From Candidatus Peribacteria bacterium (GTDB lineage Bacteria > Patescibacteriota > Gracilibacteria > Peribacterales > Peribacteraceae): a stretch of DNA of 64,000 nucleotides. This document shows, piece by piece, positions 25,710-35,591 of this stretch. How positions within the stretch are numbered: position 1 is the first letter of the stretch; each line of letters opens with the position of its first letter. The stretch covers positions 921-64,920 of the forward strand of contig JBEPVF010000008.1 in the NCBI GenBank assembly GCA_041691135.1, in the 5' to 3' direction. A program made the translations under genes and the position numbers. The notes beneath the pieces were generated by a model that did no database searches, was not told the DNA's origin, and saw nothing but the letters and a program-made list of their open reading frames with translations.

Positions 25710-26891
25710 TTAGCTGCTCGAAGAACTCGAGGAGATGGAGGAGCTGGAGGCGCTGCTGGGGTTGGAAACGTCATGGCAGACGGACGGCTGTCCGCTCGCG
25801 CAGGCGAAGCCGGGTTCGATGTGACAGGCCGCCGAACAGCCGTCGCCGTCGACACTATTGCCATCGTCGCACACTTCGTTGCCTTTGATCAGACCGTCGC
25901 CGCACTTGATGCCGCAGCGGCTCGGTGTGTCGTAGCAGGCGTAGCCGGTTTCCACCTGGCAGGTGACGGAGCAGCCATCGTCGTTACTTGTATTGCCATC
26001 GTCGCATACTTCGCCCTTCTCGATGTATCCGTTGCCGCAGGTGGCACTGAGGGTGATTGCGACGGCATTGCTGGAGGTCGAGGACGCATGATCCAGTTCG
26101 TCCATCATGCGCCGCGTGACACGGCTGTAACTCGAGGCGTGCGTTGCCGGGGCGGTAGGTGATTGTGAAGATGACGCAGAGGCAGGTGTGGCTGTGGCTT
26201 GTGAGTCAGTGGAAGACGAGGCACCGGCAGCAGCCGAACTCGACGAAGAAGACGACGATTGATCCGAAGTCACACTCGATGAGCTGCTGGACGAAGGAAG
26301 CTCGCAGGCACTCGGCTGGCCGAAGCATTGGTAGTTCGGTTCGATCTGGCAGGTGCCGGCGCAACCGTCGCCGTCGCTCGTATTGCCGTCATCACATTTT
26401 TCCAGCGCATCGATTTTTCCGTCGCCGCATACCGCCGTGCTCTGGCAGATGCTGGGTGTGCCGGTGCAGGCGTATCCCTGTTCCATCAGACACATCTGGT
26501 TACAGCCGTCTCCGTTTTGCAAATTGGCATCATCGCAAGATTCGCCGGCATCAATCTGACCGTTTCCGCAGGCCGGTGCGTCGAGGATGGGGTAGCAGGC
26601 ACTGGGCGCGCCGCGACAGGCGTAGCCTTCGTCCAGCCGGCAGACGGAGCATCCGTCATTCACATTCTGATTGCCGTCATCACAGTCTTCGCCCGGTTCG
26701 ATAATGCCGTTGCCGCATTTGCCGCCCGATGAATGCGAGGCGCTGGCTTGAACGTTGCCTTGCAACGGTATTTCCAGATACAGATAGGCGGGAATGAGGA
26801 ACAGCGTGGTACTCGCACCAACCAGGGCAATGTGTTTGAAGATTTTTGTTTGCATCAAGCCATTATAACGTTTTTTGCTCTTCTGATCCAA
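25710..26891 (-). CDS. secreted protein with Myxococcus-type cysteine-rich repeats (DUF4215-like) and a Ser-rich linker
   Basis: 393 aa. Five or more repeats of CGNG.I..GE.CDDGN...DGC...C. Poly-Ser stretches. Confidence 0.7.
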   Translation of the reverse strand: MDQKSKKRYNGLMQTKIFKHIALVGASTTLFLIPAYLYLEIPLQGNVQASASHSSGGKCGNGIIEPGEDCDDGNQNVNDGCSVCRLDEGYACRGAPSACYPILDAPACGNGQIDAGESCDDANLQNGDGCNQMCLMEQGYACTGTPSICQSTAVCGDGKIDALEKCDDGNTSDGDGCAGTCQIEPNYQCFGQPSACELPSSSSSSSVTSDQSSSSSSSSAAAGASSSTDSQATATPASASSSQSPTAPATHASSYSRVTRRMMDELDHASSTSSNAVAITLSATCGNGYIEKGEVCDDGNTSNDDGCSVTCQVETGYACYDTPSRCGIKCGDGLIKGNEVCDDGNSVDGDGCSAACHIEPGFACASGQPSVCHDVSNPSSASSSSISSSSSSS

Positions 26892-26972
26892 TAGTCACAC
26901 TGCAAAAATGACTTTAGCGCAAGTTTTTTTCGAATGTCGCACTTTCATCTTATCAGCGTACAGTTTGGCCAT

Positions 26973-27464
26973 ATGACTGATCTTACGGCCTTTCTGGCAG
27001 CCCATGATATTCGCGCCGAGCGGTTCGAACATCCCGCTGTCTTCACCTGCGAGGAGTCCAGCCTGTTGCCGCCGATGCCAGGAGCTCCCACCAAGAACCT
27101 GTTCATCCGCGACCGAAAAGGCGAAAGGCAGATTCTCGTCACGGTTCCACACGAGAAAAGTGTCGACCTCAAGGCACTTAAAGAACTGATCGATGCCGAT
27201 AAGCTCAGCTTCGCCTCGCCCGAACGGCTATGGGAATATCTGGGTGTCGAGCCGGGTTCCGTCACTCTGATGGGTCTTATCCACGATCTTGATCACCGGG
27301 TGGAAGTCATTGTTGATGCGGCCATTTGGAATGCCGAATCCGTGCAATGTCATCCTTTGGTGAACACGGCGACACTGGTATTTTCGCATAGCGACTTGGA
27401 GAAATTTATCCAGGCAACGGGGCACAAGGTAAGAGTGTTGGATGTGCCAGGAAGACAGATCTAA
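26973..27464 (+). CDS. YbaK/ProX-like aminoacyl-tRNA deacylase domain protein
   Basis: 163 aa from the ATG at 26973. TKNLFIRDRKGERQILV...VDLKAL...GVEPGSVTLMGL...CHPLVNTATL. Confidence 0.6.
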   Translation: MTDLTAFLAAHDIRAERFEHPAVFTCEESSLLPPMPGAPTKNLFIRDRKGERQILVTVPHEKSVDLKALKELIDADKLSFASPERLWEYLGVEPGSVTLMGLIHDLDHRVEVIVDAAIWNAESVQCHPLVNTATLVFSHSDLEKFIQATGHKVRVLDVPGRQI

Positions 27465-29020
27465 TTTTTCTCCAATAATTTTCTTAGGTATACCGACGTC
27501 ACATCTTTATAGGGATGCGGCAGATCTTCGGCCGAGAGGCTGAATTCGGCGAGGACGCGTAGAGAACCGATAGAGGAGATCGCGGCTTCGTTGACATGGC
27601 CGTGGCCGTGCTCGTGCAACTGGCGATCGAGGAGCCAGCCGCGGAGGTAGGCGAGGTCTTTGGCCATAGCGAAGCCGGTGCGGTTGGCGGTGTCCAAGTG
27701 TCCGCGCATGACACGATAGGACGTGCGCCAGGCAAAATTGCGGGCCCGCTCCAGGACGAGCGGATCAATGGTCGACGGTAATGGGTCGTGTGCGGGAACC
27801 TGCAACAGCAGGTGGAGTTGCCGATGACATTGTTCGGTAAATATCTGCGTGAACGACGCCCCTCCTTCGGCCGCCTGAATCGAGAGGGTATAAATATCGG
27901 GCAGCGGCGAGCCGTCGTGATCACCGAACTGACGCAGATGAAATTCGTGTTCATGACGCATGGCCAATCCTTCGTAGAGCGTTTCATCATCGATCTTCAG
28001 TTCGCCGCCGCCGAATAAGAACAGCTGTTCGCCGTTGGCTGACTGGCGGGCGTGGCCTTCGATCTCGTGCGCCATCAGTCGTAGCAGACTTTCGCCATTG
28101 CCATTCGTTGTTACGGGTATAAACACGGTGGGGCCGCGCACCGATTTGTCGCGTACGTCGATGGCCGTCGCGCGTTCATCGATGACTACGGCGAATCCCT
28201 GTGGCTGATCCTCTGTTTTCAGGATGCCGTATTGTTGCAATGCCCAGACAAACGCATCGCGATAGTCGTCTGCGTCGAAGCGTAGCGAACGCAGGTATTG
28301 CTTCTCGCGCGCATTCAGCAGACTGGTGTGCTCTTCGTGTACCGAGCCTTCACGCGTGCGCCGCTCGTAATCTTCCTGTGCGATCTGCACCAGGAACCGA
28401 TCCGTACCCGGGTATTTGTACTGCAGAGCTTGAGCGATGCGCGTTTCGTCTTTCTGTTGCAACCCCTCTACCAAATCACACGTCGCCAGATCGTCATTTA
28501 TTTTAAACTGCAGTCCGAACTTGGCGATCAACAGCGTCCGGTCTTCGGTACGAAAAGTCTGGAGCAGGCCAAGCAGCCGTTCCAATATGGCGCGACTATC
28601 GCCCAGCTCAAATGCTTCGGCGTACGAATACGTGAACCGAGGGCTGTAGTCTTCGTTGCGATGGAGGGCCGCAAAGAACTGTTCGCGTTCATGTGCGATG
28701 GACGAAGGATCGGCGGTATAGATTTCGACCGGGTTCCAAGTGCGTGTGACATCGGCGATGCCGTGCATGATTTCCTGTATATGTGCCGGCATCTCACTGC
28801 GGCGTGGCATGCGTACTTTTTGCACGCGTTTGGCGCGGGCCAGATAGGCGGCGATTTCGGGGAGCGGTGAATCGAGGTAGGACATGGAAATGATATAGAG
28901 CGTTCGCCGGTTCTTCGCAACTTCTTTGGTTCTCAAGCGATGATACGATCGAACGTCTTCCCGGACTTTTTTGTAAGCTGCGCTCAGATGGGTCGTCATG
29001 AGTACTGTCTCTCGGGACAT
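27461..29020 (-). CDS. DUF1704-like metallopeptidase (QEGLA-motif family)
   Basis: 519 aa. LMAHEIEGHARQSANG and TLYEGLAMRHE match the HE..H / EGLA signature as I recall it. Confidence 0.55.
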   Translation of the reverse strand: MSRETVLMTTHLSAAYKKVREDVRSYHRLRTKEVAKNRRTLYIISMSYLDSPLPEIAAYLARAKRVQKVRMPRRSEMPAHIQEIMHGIADVTRTWNPVEIYTADPSSIAHEREQFFAALHRNEDYSPRFTYSYAEAFELGDSRAILERLLGLLQTFRTEDRTLLIAKFGLQFKINDDLATCDLVEGLQQKDETRIAQALQYKYPGTDRFLVQIAQEDYERRTREGSVHEEHTSLLNAREKQYLRSLRFDADDYRDAFVWALQQYGILKTEDQPQGFAVVIDERATAIDVRDKSVRGPTVFIPVTTNGNGESLLRLMAHEIEGHARQSANGEQLFLFGGGELKIDDETLYEGLAMRHEHEFHLRQFGDHDGSPLPDIYTLSIQAAEGGASFTQIFTEQCHRQLHLLLQVPAHDPLPSTIDPLVLERARNFAWRTSYRVMRGHLDTANRTGFAMAKDLAYLRGWLLDRQLHEHGHGHVNEAAISSIGSLRVLAEFSLSAEDLPHPYKDVTSVYLRKLLEKN

Positions 29021-29254
29021 TTACTTCTTTCCCCAGCGCATATGGCTACGAAGAGCACCCGTGGAAGCCGGACAAGCAAGTCCTCCAAGCGATCCTCGCG
29101 TGGAAGCAGCAGGGCGAAGCGCGGCACCAAATAATCGCATCAGAAAGAAGAAAAATAAGGAAAAGGGATAAGGGAGCAGACGCAGGGGAGACCCTGCGTT
29201 TGGCTATAAAAAAAGGTGACCGATTCAGTCCTATCTATCTGATACACTCCCTCC

Positions 29255-30046
29255 ATGCTCGTTGCCCACAAAACAGCTCTCGTTACCGGTGCGTCGCATG
29301 GGATTGGATTCGAGTTGTGCCGGCTGCTGGCTCGCGATGAGTTCGGTATCATTATGGTGGCGCGGAACCGGGAAAGCATGGAGCAGGCGGCTGCGACGAT
29401 GCGTCAGAATTTTGGCGTCCAAGTGACGGTGATTGTGCAGGATCTGGCTGCTCCACAGGCGGCACAGACGCTTTTTGATAATGTACAATCACGCGGATTG
29501 TCGGTGGATGTACTGGTGAACAATGCCGGCTTCGGGTTGTTCGGCCGGTTCGCCGAGACGGATCCCGTCCGCGAAATGGAGATGGTTCAGGTGAATATCG
29601 TGGCGCTTACCGAGCTTTCCAAACTCTTTCTGCCCGGCATGGTCGGTCGCAAGTGGGGACGGATTCTGAACGTGGCGTCGACGGCGGCGTTCCAAGCCGG
29701 GCCGCTCATGGCGGTATATTATGCGACGAAGGCGTACGTGCTCTCTTTTTCTGAGGCCATTGGTTTCGAGTTGAAGAAGACGGGCGTCACCGTCACGGCG
29801 CTGTGTCCCGGCCCCACCAAGTCCGGTTTTCAGTCCGAAGCGAAGATGTCCAAATCGCGGTTGTTCCGTGGCCACGTGATGGATGCGGAGACGGTGGCCG
29901 AAGCGGGCTTTCGCGGCATGATGCGCGGCAAGGCGATTGTCGTTCCGGGCGGCCGAAACAAATTCCTCGTGTTCCTGGTGCGACTTGTGCCCCGGTCGAT
30001 TGCGCGGCGGGCGGCCTGGCTGGTACAGCGTGAGGCTGTCAGTTAG
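29255..30046 (+). CDS. SDR-family oxidoreductase
   Basis: TGASHGIGFEL, NNAGFG, YYATKAY. Confidence 0.85.
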   Translation: MLVAHKTALVTGASHGIGFELCRLLARDEFGIIMVARNRESMEQAAATMRQNFGVQVTVIVQDLAAPQAAQTLFDNVQSRGLSVDVLVNNAGFGLFGRFAETDPVREMEMVQVNIVALTELSKLFLPGMVGRKWGRILNVASTAAFQAGPLMAVYYATKAYVLSFSEAIGFELKKTGVTVTALCPGPTKSGFQSEAKMSKSRLFRGHVMDAETVAEAGFRGMMRGKAIVVPGGRNKFLVFLVRLVPRSIARRAAWLVQREAVS

Positions 30047-30404
30047 AGAGATGCTGTCGGATTCGTATCCATAGTTTGCCGTCTTCCACGGTGCTCTTTT
30101 CGATGCAATCGCGCAGTGAAAACTTCTGCAGTATTCCGTCGTCATAGTCGCCGAGTGCGCCGGAGAGAATGATAACCGGGAGCCGAATTTTTTCGTGATG
30201 GATGAAATCGAGGACGGCCACTCCGTCGGTACCCGGCATCATCAGGTCCAGCAGGAGCAGGTCAGGCAGTTCCTGTCGGATCATCTCGATTGCCTGCCTA
30301 CCGTTGCTGGCTGTGCGTACCTCTACGCCGTTTTCGCGCAACTCAAGTTCAATCAACTCCAGGAACAGCGGATCATCTTCGGCAATCAAGATGCGAGCGG
30401 TCAT
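30039..30404 (-). CDS. stand-alone response-regulator receiver domain protein
   Basis: MTARILIAEDDPLFLELIE...PDLLLLDLMMPGTDG. Start taken at the ATG at 30404; the ORF track extends to a GTG at 30434. Confidence 0.8.
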   Translation of the reverse strand: MTARILIAEDDPLFLELIELELRENGVEVRTASNGRQAIEMIRQELPDLLLLDLMMPGTDGVAVLDFIHHEKIRLPVIILSGALGDYDDGILQKFSLRDCIEKSTVEDGKLWIRIRQHLSN

Positions 30405-30514
30405 GCGGGAGTAAGAAATAAGCGGTTCTATCACGTATTTCCAACGTGGAAGTTTCGCTTCATCTTACAATAGTACGGTAAACGTTGTTGACACGATGGC
30501 GAGATTTGTCCTCT

Positions 30515-33031
30515 TTACGCTTTTTTGCCCGACTTGCGCGTCGTTTTGACGAAGAAAATATTTTTCAGCAATTCCATTGTCAAAAACACGATGAAGCTGA
30601 TGACCAGAAGAACAAGCCACTCGTGTGCCGAAAGAGGCGTCAGGCCGAAGATACTATTCAGTGGCGTGTAGAGAAGCGCCATCTGAAGCAGCAGCGGAAT
30701 AATGCTTGCACCGATCAAAGCCGGATTGGAAAAGAAGCCGATTTCCCAGATCGGACGATTGCTGCGGGTGGTGAAGGCGAGCAGGAGTTCGAACAAAATG
30801 GCGAGCGTGAAGGTCATCGTGCGGGCGTGCTCCGTGCCAAGGCCGCAGGTGAGCAGGCGGGAGAACAGCAAGAACTGCACGGCAAATGCAGCGAACGCAT
30901 ACAGCACGAAACGGAACCACTCGCCGCTGAAAATACTTTCGCGGGCCCGGCGCGGCGGGCGCCGCATGATGTCTTTGTCTTCGGGTTCGGCGCCGAGGGC
31001 GAGCGCCGGCAATCCGTCGGTCATCAGGTTGATCCACAGGATCTGCAACGGCAGCAGGGGAATGGGAAGACCGGCCAGAATGGCCGTGGTAATGAATACC
31101 ATCTGTCCCACATTGGCGCGCAGCAAATACAGGACGAATTTGCGGATGTTGTCGTAAATGCGGCGGCCTTCGCGGATGGCCAACACGATGGTGGCGTAGT
31201 TGTCGTCGGCCAACACCATGCTGGCTGCCTCTTTGGCCACCTGGGTGCCGACAAGCCCCATGGCGATGCCGACATGCGCGTTCTTCAGCGCCGGAGCGTC
31301 GTTCACGCCGTCACCCGTCATGGCCACGACATTGCCTTCTTTCTTCAGCGCTTCCAGGATCTTCATCTTGTGAATCGGCGAGACACGCGCGCAAATGGAA
31401 ACAGTCCGCAGTTTCTTTTGTAGTTCTTTGGCATTGAGCGTGTCGATATCCTTGCCGAGCAGCACCGTTTCTTCCAAGCCGATGCCGCGGGCGATGCTCC
31501 GGGCGGTTTCGGGGTTGTCACCGGTGATCATAATGGTGCGGATGCCGGCGAGCCGCGCTTGATCGAGCGCTTCCACCACACCCGGACGGATCGGATCCTC
31601 CATGCCGACGAGCCCGACGAAATGCGGCGGATGACTGCCTGTTTTGACGGCCAGTGCCAGGACGCGCAGTCCGCGTTTGCCCATCTCGGTGCTGCGGGCG
31701 AGAGCCGTGTGTTTGCCGGTGAGTTCGATGATCGTCTCGGGTGCGCCTTTGAGGAAGGTGATAGTCTGGGTCTTCTTTCCCGCTTTTCGGATGCGGTGCG
31801 TGGTCTGCATGTACTTGCCTTCGGAGGTGAAGGGCACGTCTTCTTCGTCGATCGCGATGCGCTGCACGCCATGCCACTGGGCGAATTCCAGTAGCCCGAT
31901 TTCGGTGGGGTCGCCGATGGCGGGGAGGGCGGCGCGATTACAGGACGCGCAGATCTGGAGCGCTAATGTTCGCTCACTCTCTCGCTCCTCGGCTACCCAC
32001 AGTTCGCGGACCGTCATGCGATTCTCGGTGAGCGTGCCGGTTTTATCGGTACAGATGATGTTGATGCTGCCCAACGTTTCGAGCGCGTCGAGGCGGCGTA
32101 CCAGCGCATGTTGCAGCGCCATGCGCCGTACCCCGAAGGCGAGTGTCGCTGTGACCACGGCCGGCAGCCCTTCCGGCACGGCCGATACAGCCAGACTGAC
32201 GGTCAATAAGAGAATCGTGAGAGCGCTGAAGTGACGCGATATCCCGCCGGCGACCACAACCGCACACAGCCCGAGGACGATGAGCCCGAGAATCAGACTC
32301 AGTTTCTTCATACGGATTGACAGAGGAGTATCGGGCAGAGACGTATGCGAGACGAGCGTGGCGATGGCGCCGATTTCGGTCTGCAAACCGGTAGCGGATA
32401 CGACGTACTCCGCCGATCCGCGGGTCACGTGAGTCCCGGCAAACACCATATTGTGCGTTGTCTCTTCCGCTGATTTGCCTGTCACGGTATCCACTTTTTT
32501 TTCAACGGGTCGTGATTCACCGGTGAAACTCGATTCGTCCATTTCGAGATGCGATGCGGCGATCAATCGACCGTCGGCCGAGATGCGGTCGCCCGATTCG
32601 ATCACCACGATGTCACCCGGCACCAGCTCCCGCGAAGGGATCATTGTTTCCCGACCATTGCGCCGCACGCGGACCTGCGGAGCCGTGAGTGTACTCAATG
32701 CTTTGATCGCGGCTTCCGCTTTGTATTCCTGTACAAAGCCGAGCAGTGCATTCAGTAGCAGGATTGCTAGAATAAAGAAGGCATCCAGCATGTCGCCCCA
32801 GCCGGTGCTGCGTCCTTCGGCGATGCGTAGAATCACACTCAGGATGAGCGCGGCCACCAAAATGTAGACAACAGTGTCCTGGAACTGGCGCAGAAAAAGT
32901 CGTAACAGCGGACTCTTGGGTTCGGGCAGCTCATTCCAACCATGGCGCTCGCGGCGGCGAATTACTTCCTGCTCCTTCAATCCCAGATGAGTACTTTCAA
33001 GTGTCTTGAGTGTTGTCTCGACGGACATGCG
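30515..33031 (-). CDS. cation-transporting P-type ATPase (P2-type, Ca/Mg-like)
   Basis: ICTDKTGTLTENRM, MTGDGVNDAPALK, about ten TM segments. Start taken at MFARMSVETTLK (33031 or 33019), not the 959-aa ORF-track start. Confidence 0.9.
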   Translation of the reverse strand, partial: RMSVETTLKTLESTHLGLKEQEVIRRRERHGWNELPEPKSPLLRLFLRQFQDTVVYILVAALILSVILRIAEGRSTGWGDMLDAFFILAILLLNALLGFVQEYKAEAAIKALSTLTAPQVRVRRNGRETMIPSRELVPGDIVVIESGDRISADGRLIAASHLEMDESSFTGESRPVEKKVDTVTGKSAEETTHNMVFAGTHVTRGSAEYVVSATGLQTEIGAIATLVSHTSLPDTPLSIRMKKLSLILGLIVLGLCAVVVAGGISRHFSALTILLLTVSLAVSAVPEGLPAVVTATLAFGVRRMALQHALVRRLDALETLGSINIICTDKTGTLTENRMTVRELWVAEERESERTLALQICASCNRAALPAIGDPTEIGLLEFAQWHGVQRIAIDEEDVPFTSEGKYMQTTHRIRKAGKKTQTITFLKGAPETIIELTGKHTALARSTEMGKRGLRVLALAVKTGSHPPHFVGLVGMEDPIRPGVVEALDQARLAGIRTIMITGDNPETARSIARGIGLEETVLLGKDIDTLNAKELQKKLRTVSICARVSPIHKMKILEALKKEGNVVAMTGDGVNDAPALKNAHVGIAMGLVGTQVAKEAASMVLADDNYATIVLAIREGRRIYDNIRKFVLYLLRANVGQMVFITTAILAGLPIPLLPLQILWINLMTDGLPALALGAEPEDKDIMRRPPRRARESIFSGEWFRFVLYAFAAFAVQFLLFSRLLTCGLGTEHARTMTFTLAILFELLLAFTTRSNRPIWEIGFFSNPALIGASIIPLLLQMALLYTPLNSIFGLTPLSAHEWLVLLVISFIVFLTMELLKNIFFVKTTRKSGKKA

Positions 33032-33154
33032 GGCAAACATAGAAGACAGTCTAGGACAGTTTGCCGATAACAGAGCTTGGCGAATCGTGGATTTCTTTGG
33101 GATTTGGTAATTGGAATTTGGGATTTTCCAAACACTCATTGTACTGTTTCCACC

Positions 33155-33679
33155 ATGTACTTCCTCCAAATCCTCTATTTGTATCTTCCTGCGTTCGTCG
33201 CCAATGCCGCGCCGGTGGTATTCGCGCGTGTACCGGTGATGCGCCGTTGGAATCAACCCATTGATGCTCAATTGCTGGGGAAGAACAAGACAATGCGGGG
33301 ATTCTTCTTCAGTCCGTTGGTAGCGGGCTTCGTAGGAATTCTGCAATTTGCACTCAACTTTCTTCCGCAAGTGTCTCGCTTCTCGCTGATCCATCCATCA
33401 CTGCTCGGTGCATTGTTCGTAGGGATGTTGCTCGGTCTCGGCGCCATGCTGGGCGATGTGCTCAAGAGTTACTTCAAGCGCCGGATAAAAATTGCACCCG
33501 GCAAAGCATGGCCGGTGATCGACGGCATCGATTACATGGTCGGGGCGCTTCTGCTGTTTGCTCCGTATTATGTCCCGACAATAGACGGCATGCTCTTCCT
33601 GCTCTTTGTAGGTCCGCTCGCCAGCTTACTGGCCAATACGGTGTCGTACTGCGTTGGCTGGAAGAAGGTGTGGTATTGA
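33155..33679 (+). CDS. CarS-like (CDP-archaeol synthase family / DUF46) membrane protein
   Basis: 174 aa from the ATG at 33155. LYLYLPAFVANAAPVVF...PIDAQLLGKNKTMRGFFFSPLVAGFVG matches the CarS/DUF46 N-terminal pattern. Confidence 0.6.
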   Translation: MYFLQILYLYLPAFVANAAPVVFARVPVMRRWNQPIDAQLLGKNKTMRGFFFSPLVAGFVGILQFALNFLPQVSRFSLIHPSLLGALFVGMLLGLGAMLGDVLKSYFKRRIKIAPGKAWPVIDGIDYMVGALLLFAPYYVPTIDGMLFLLFVGPLASLLANTVSYCVGWKKVWY

Positions 33680-33680
33680 T

Positions 33681-34247
33681 TCACCCAAGAACTTTTTTCC
33701 AGTTCTTCCGGAAGATCTCGATCATGCCGTAGTAGCCGACAATGATCGACGCGAGCAGCACGTACCATGTCAGATTGAAGATGAAGAACAACGTGCCGAT
33801 GTTCGAGATCACTTCGGCGAGGCCGAGTGTCAGCAGGGCCAGTATGATCGCAAGGTACTGCAGGACGGACTTCAGCTTGCCGGACAGAACCGACGGGATC
33901 GAGACGCCTTTCGAGATCGCATAATCGCGGAATGAAGTGACGGTAAGCTCGCGGAACAAAATGAGAATCACCATCCACCACACCACCACCGTCTGGTCCA
34001 CCAGGGCGATGAGCAGCGACAGGACGGTGAGTTTGTCCACCAGTGGATCGAGCATAATGCCCAGGGGGCTCACTTCTTTGCGCTTGCGGGCCACTCTTCC
34101 ATCCGCGAAATCAGTCACGATGGCAATGACGAAGCACGCCAGACTGACGAAGTAGTGGTACGGAAAAAACGTGTAGAGCAGCACGATTGATGCGATGGCG
34201 AACACGAGTCGCGAGAGTGTGATCCGCGTTGCAAGCGTGAGTTTCAT
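33681..34247 (-). CDS. CDP-alcohol phosphatidyltransferase (PgsA-like)
   Basis: 188 aa from the ATG at 34247. DFADGRVARKRKEVSPLGIMLDPLVDK is the D(x)2DG(x)2AR...G(x)3D(x)3D motif. Confidence 0.8.
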   Translation of the reverse strand: MKLTLATRITLSRLVFAIASIVLLYTFFPYHYFVSLACFVIAIVTDFADGRVARKRKEVSPLGIMLDPLVDKLTVLSLLIALVDQTVVVWWMVILILFRELTVTSFRDYAISKGVSIPSVLSGKLKSVLQYLAIILALLTLGLAEVISNIGTLFFIFNLTWYVLLASIIVGYYGMIEIFRKNWKKVLG

Positions 34248-34264
34248 AGATGTGAAGGGGAACT

Positions 34265-35047
34265 TCAGTACAAGACTGTAGCGAGATAACTGCTCACTTT
34301 CCATCCGAACAGCCGGAAAAATGAGAGAAACAGATGACTCTGGACGGTGTGCACCAGAAACGGACGGCGTCGCAACATGCGATCGACTACTTTGCGAGCA
34401 AGCGCTTCGGGTGCCACCCGCCGGTAGTTGGAAGTGGTGCCGGGGTTGGCTTTGTGGAAGAAGTTCGTTTCGGTGGTTGTCGGCAGTACGGTGAGCACCG
34501 AGACGTGTAATTTTTGTAACTGGCATTCTCGTCGCAGCGCTTCACTGAACGAGGTGACGAATGCTTTGCTGGCGGCGTACACCGCGTAGGTGGGAATCGG
34601 CACCGCGCCGACAATGGACGAAATGTTCACCAGATGGCCGCGATGCGTGTGTAAATCGTGTAGGAATAATTGCGACAAATGTGCGAGTGCCGTGCAGTTC
34701 GTGTCGATGGTTGCTTTGATCTTGCTCTCGAAATCTTCGTCGGACACGAAGCCGCGAAAACCGATGCCAGCATTGTTCACGAGGATGTCAGTTTGACCGG
34801 CGAAGCGAGTATGCAGAGCAATGCATGCGGCTGCATCCGTCACGTCGGTCACATGGAGCAGTACCTCCGGACGTGCGGCATCCGGGAAACGATCCTGTGC
34901 GATCTGCTGGAGCGCCTGTTGTGCGTTGGCCAACCGCTCTTCGCTGCGTGCGACTACCACCACATTGCGTCCGCGCTGCACGAGTTCCTTGGCAATCGCG
35001 AAGCCGATTCCTTCGCTTCCTCCGGTGACGATCGCGTAGGTCTTCAT
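34265..35047 (-). CDS. SDR-family oxidoreductase
   Basis: VTGGSEGIGFAIA, NNAGIG, YAASKAF. Confidence 0.85.
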   Translation of the reverse strand: MKTYAIVTGGSEGIGFAIAKELVQRGRNVVVVARSEERLANAQQALQQIAQDRFPDAARPEVLLHVTDVTDAAACIALHTRFAGQTDILVNNAGIGFRGFVSDEDFESKIKATIDTNCTALAHLSQLFLHDLHTHRGHLVNISSIVGAVPIPTYAVYAASKAFVTSFSEALRRECQLQKLHVSVLTVLPTTTETNFFHKANPGTTSNYRRVAPEALARKVVDRMLRRRPFLVHTVQSHLFLSFFRLFGWKVSSYLATVLY

Positions 35048-35556
35048 ACAATCGGGATAAGTCCGAAATAAGAAAGCAGAAGCAGCACCACCAGCGCCGC
35101 AATACCGGCCAGCACATCATCGAGCAGTACGGAAATGTATGTTCCTTGCCGGTCCATGGCACCGATGCCGAGCGGTTTCCAGATATCGAAAATGCGGAAC
35201 AAGAGAAAGGCGGCAGCGAAGGGGACTGTCTGGATTGCGCCGCTCAACATCAGCGGCAATGCGCTGACGTACATGCCGAGAAATTCATCGATCACGACAA
35301 ATGACTGATCAGGATCGTCGGCGCCGGTAGCGGCCGGCATGGCCTGTAGTGAGAGCCAAAAGACGATACCGAACAGGACAATCAATTCTGCTATTTTCAT
35401 CGGAACCGAGCCGGTCAATCCTTCGCGCACGATCAGCAGCAGCGGGATGGATATCAGACTGCCCCACGTGCCGGGTGCCCATGGAATGAATCCGATGCCG
35501 CCCATGCTTAGGAACGCCGTTGCAGAGCGCCGATACGCAGTCATAAACAGCATCAT
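35044..35556 (-). CDS. pgpA: phosphatidylglycerophosphatase A
   Basis: GIGFIPWAPGTWGS, VVIDEFLGM, FRIFDIWKP, DDVLAGI. Start taken at an internal ATG (35556 or 35544), not the 272-aa ORF. Confidence 0.8.
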   Translation of the reverse strand: MMLFMTAYRRSATAFLSMGGIGFIPWAPGTWGSLISIPLLLIVREGLTGSVPMKIAELIVLFGIVFWLSLQAMPAATGADDPDQSFVVIDEFLGMYVSALPLMLSGAIQTVPFAAAFLLFRIFDIWKPLGIGAMDRQGTYISVLLDDVLAGIAALVVLLLLSYFGLIPIV

Positions 35557-35591
35557 AGTCCCGTACGGCCAGCAATGGCCAGTGATGCCGG

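Noticed and set aside
30485-32867. Several + strand ORFs (312, 196, 151 and 138 aa) opposite the P-type ATPase.
   Set aside because: Antisense shadow ORFs. The minus-strand gene has the DKTGT and GDGVNDAPALK signatures.
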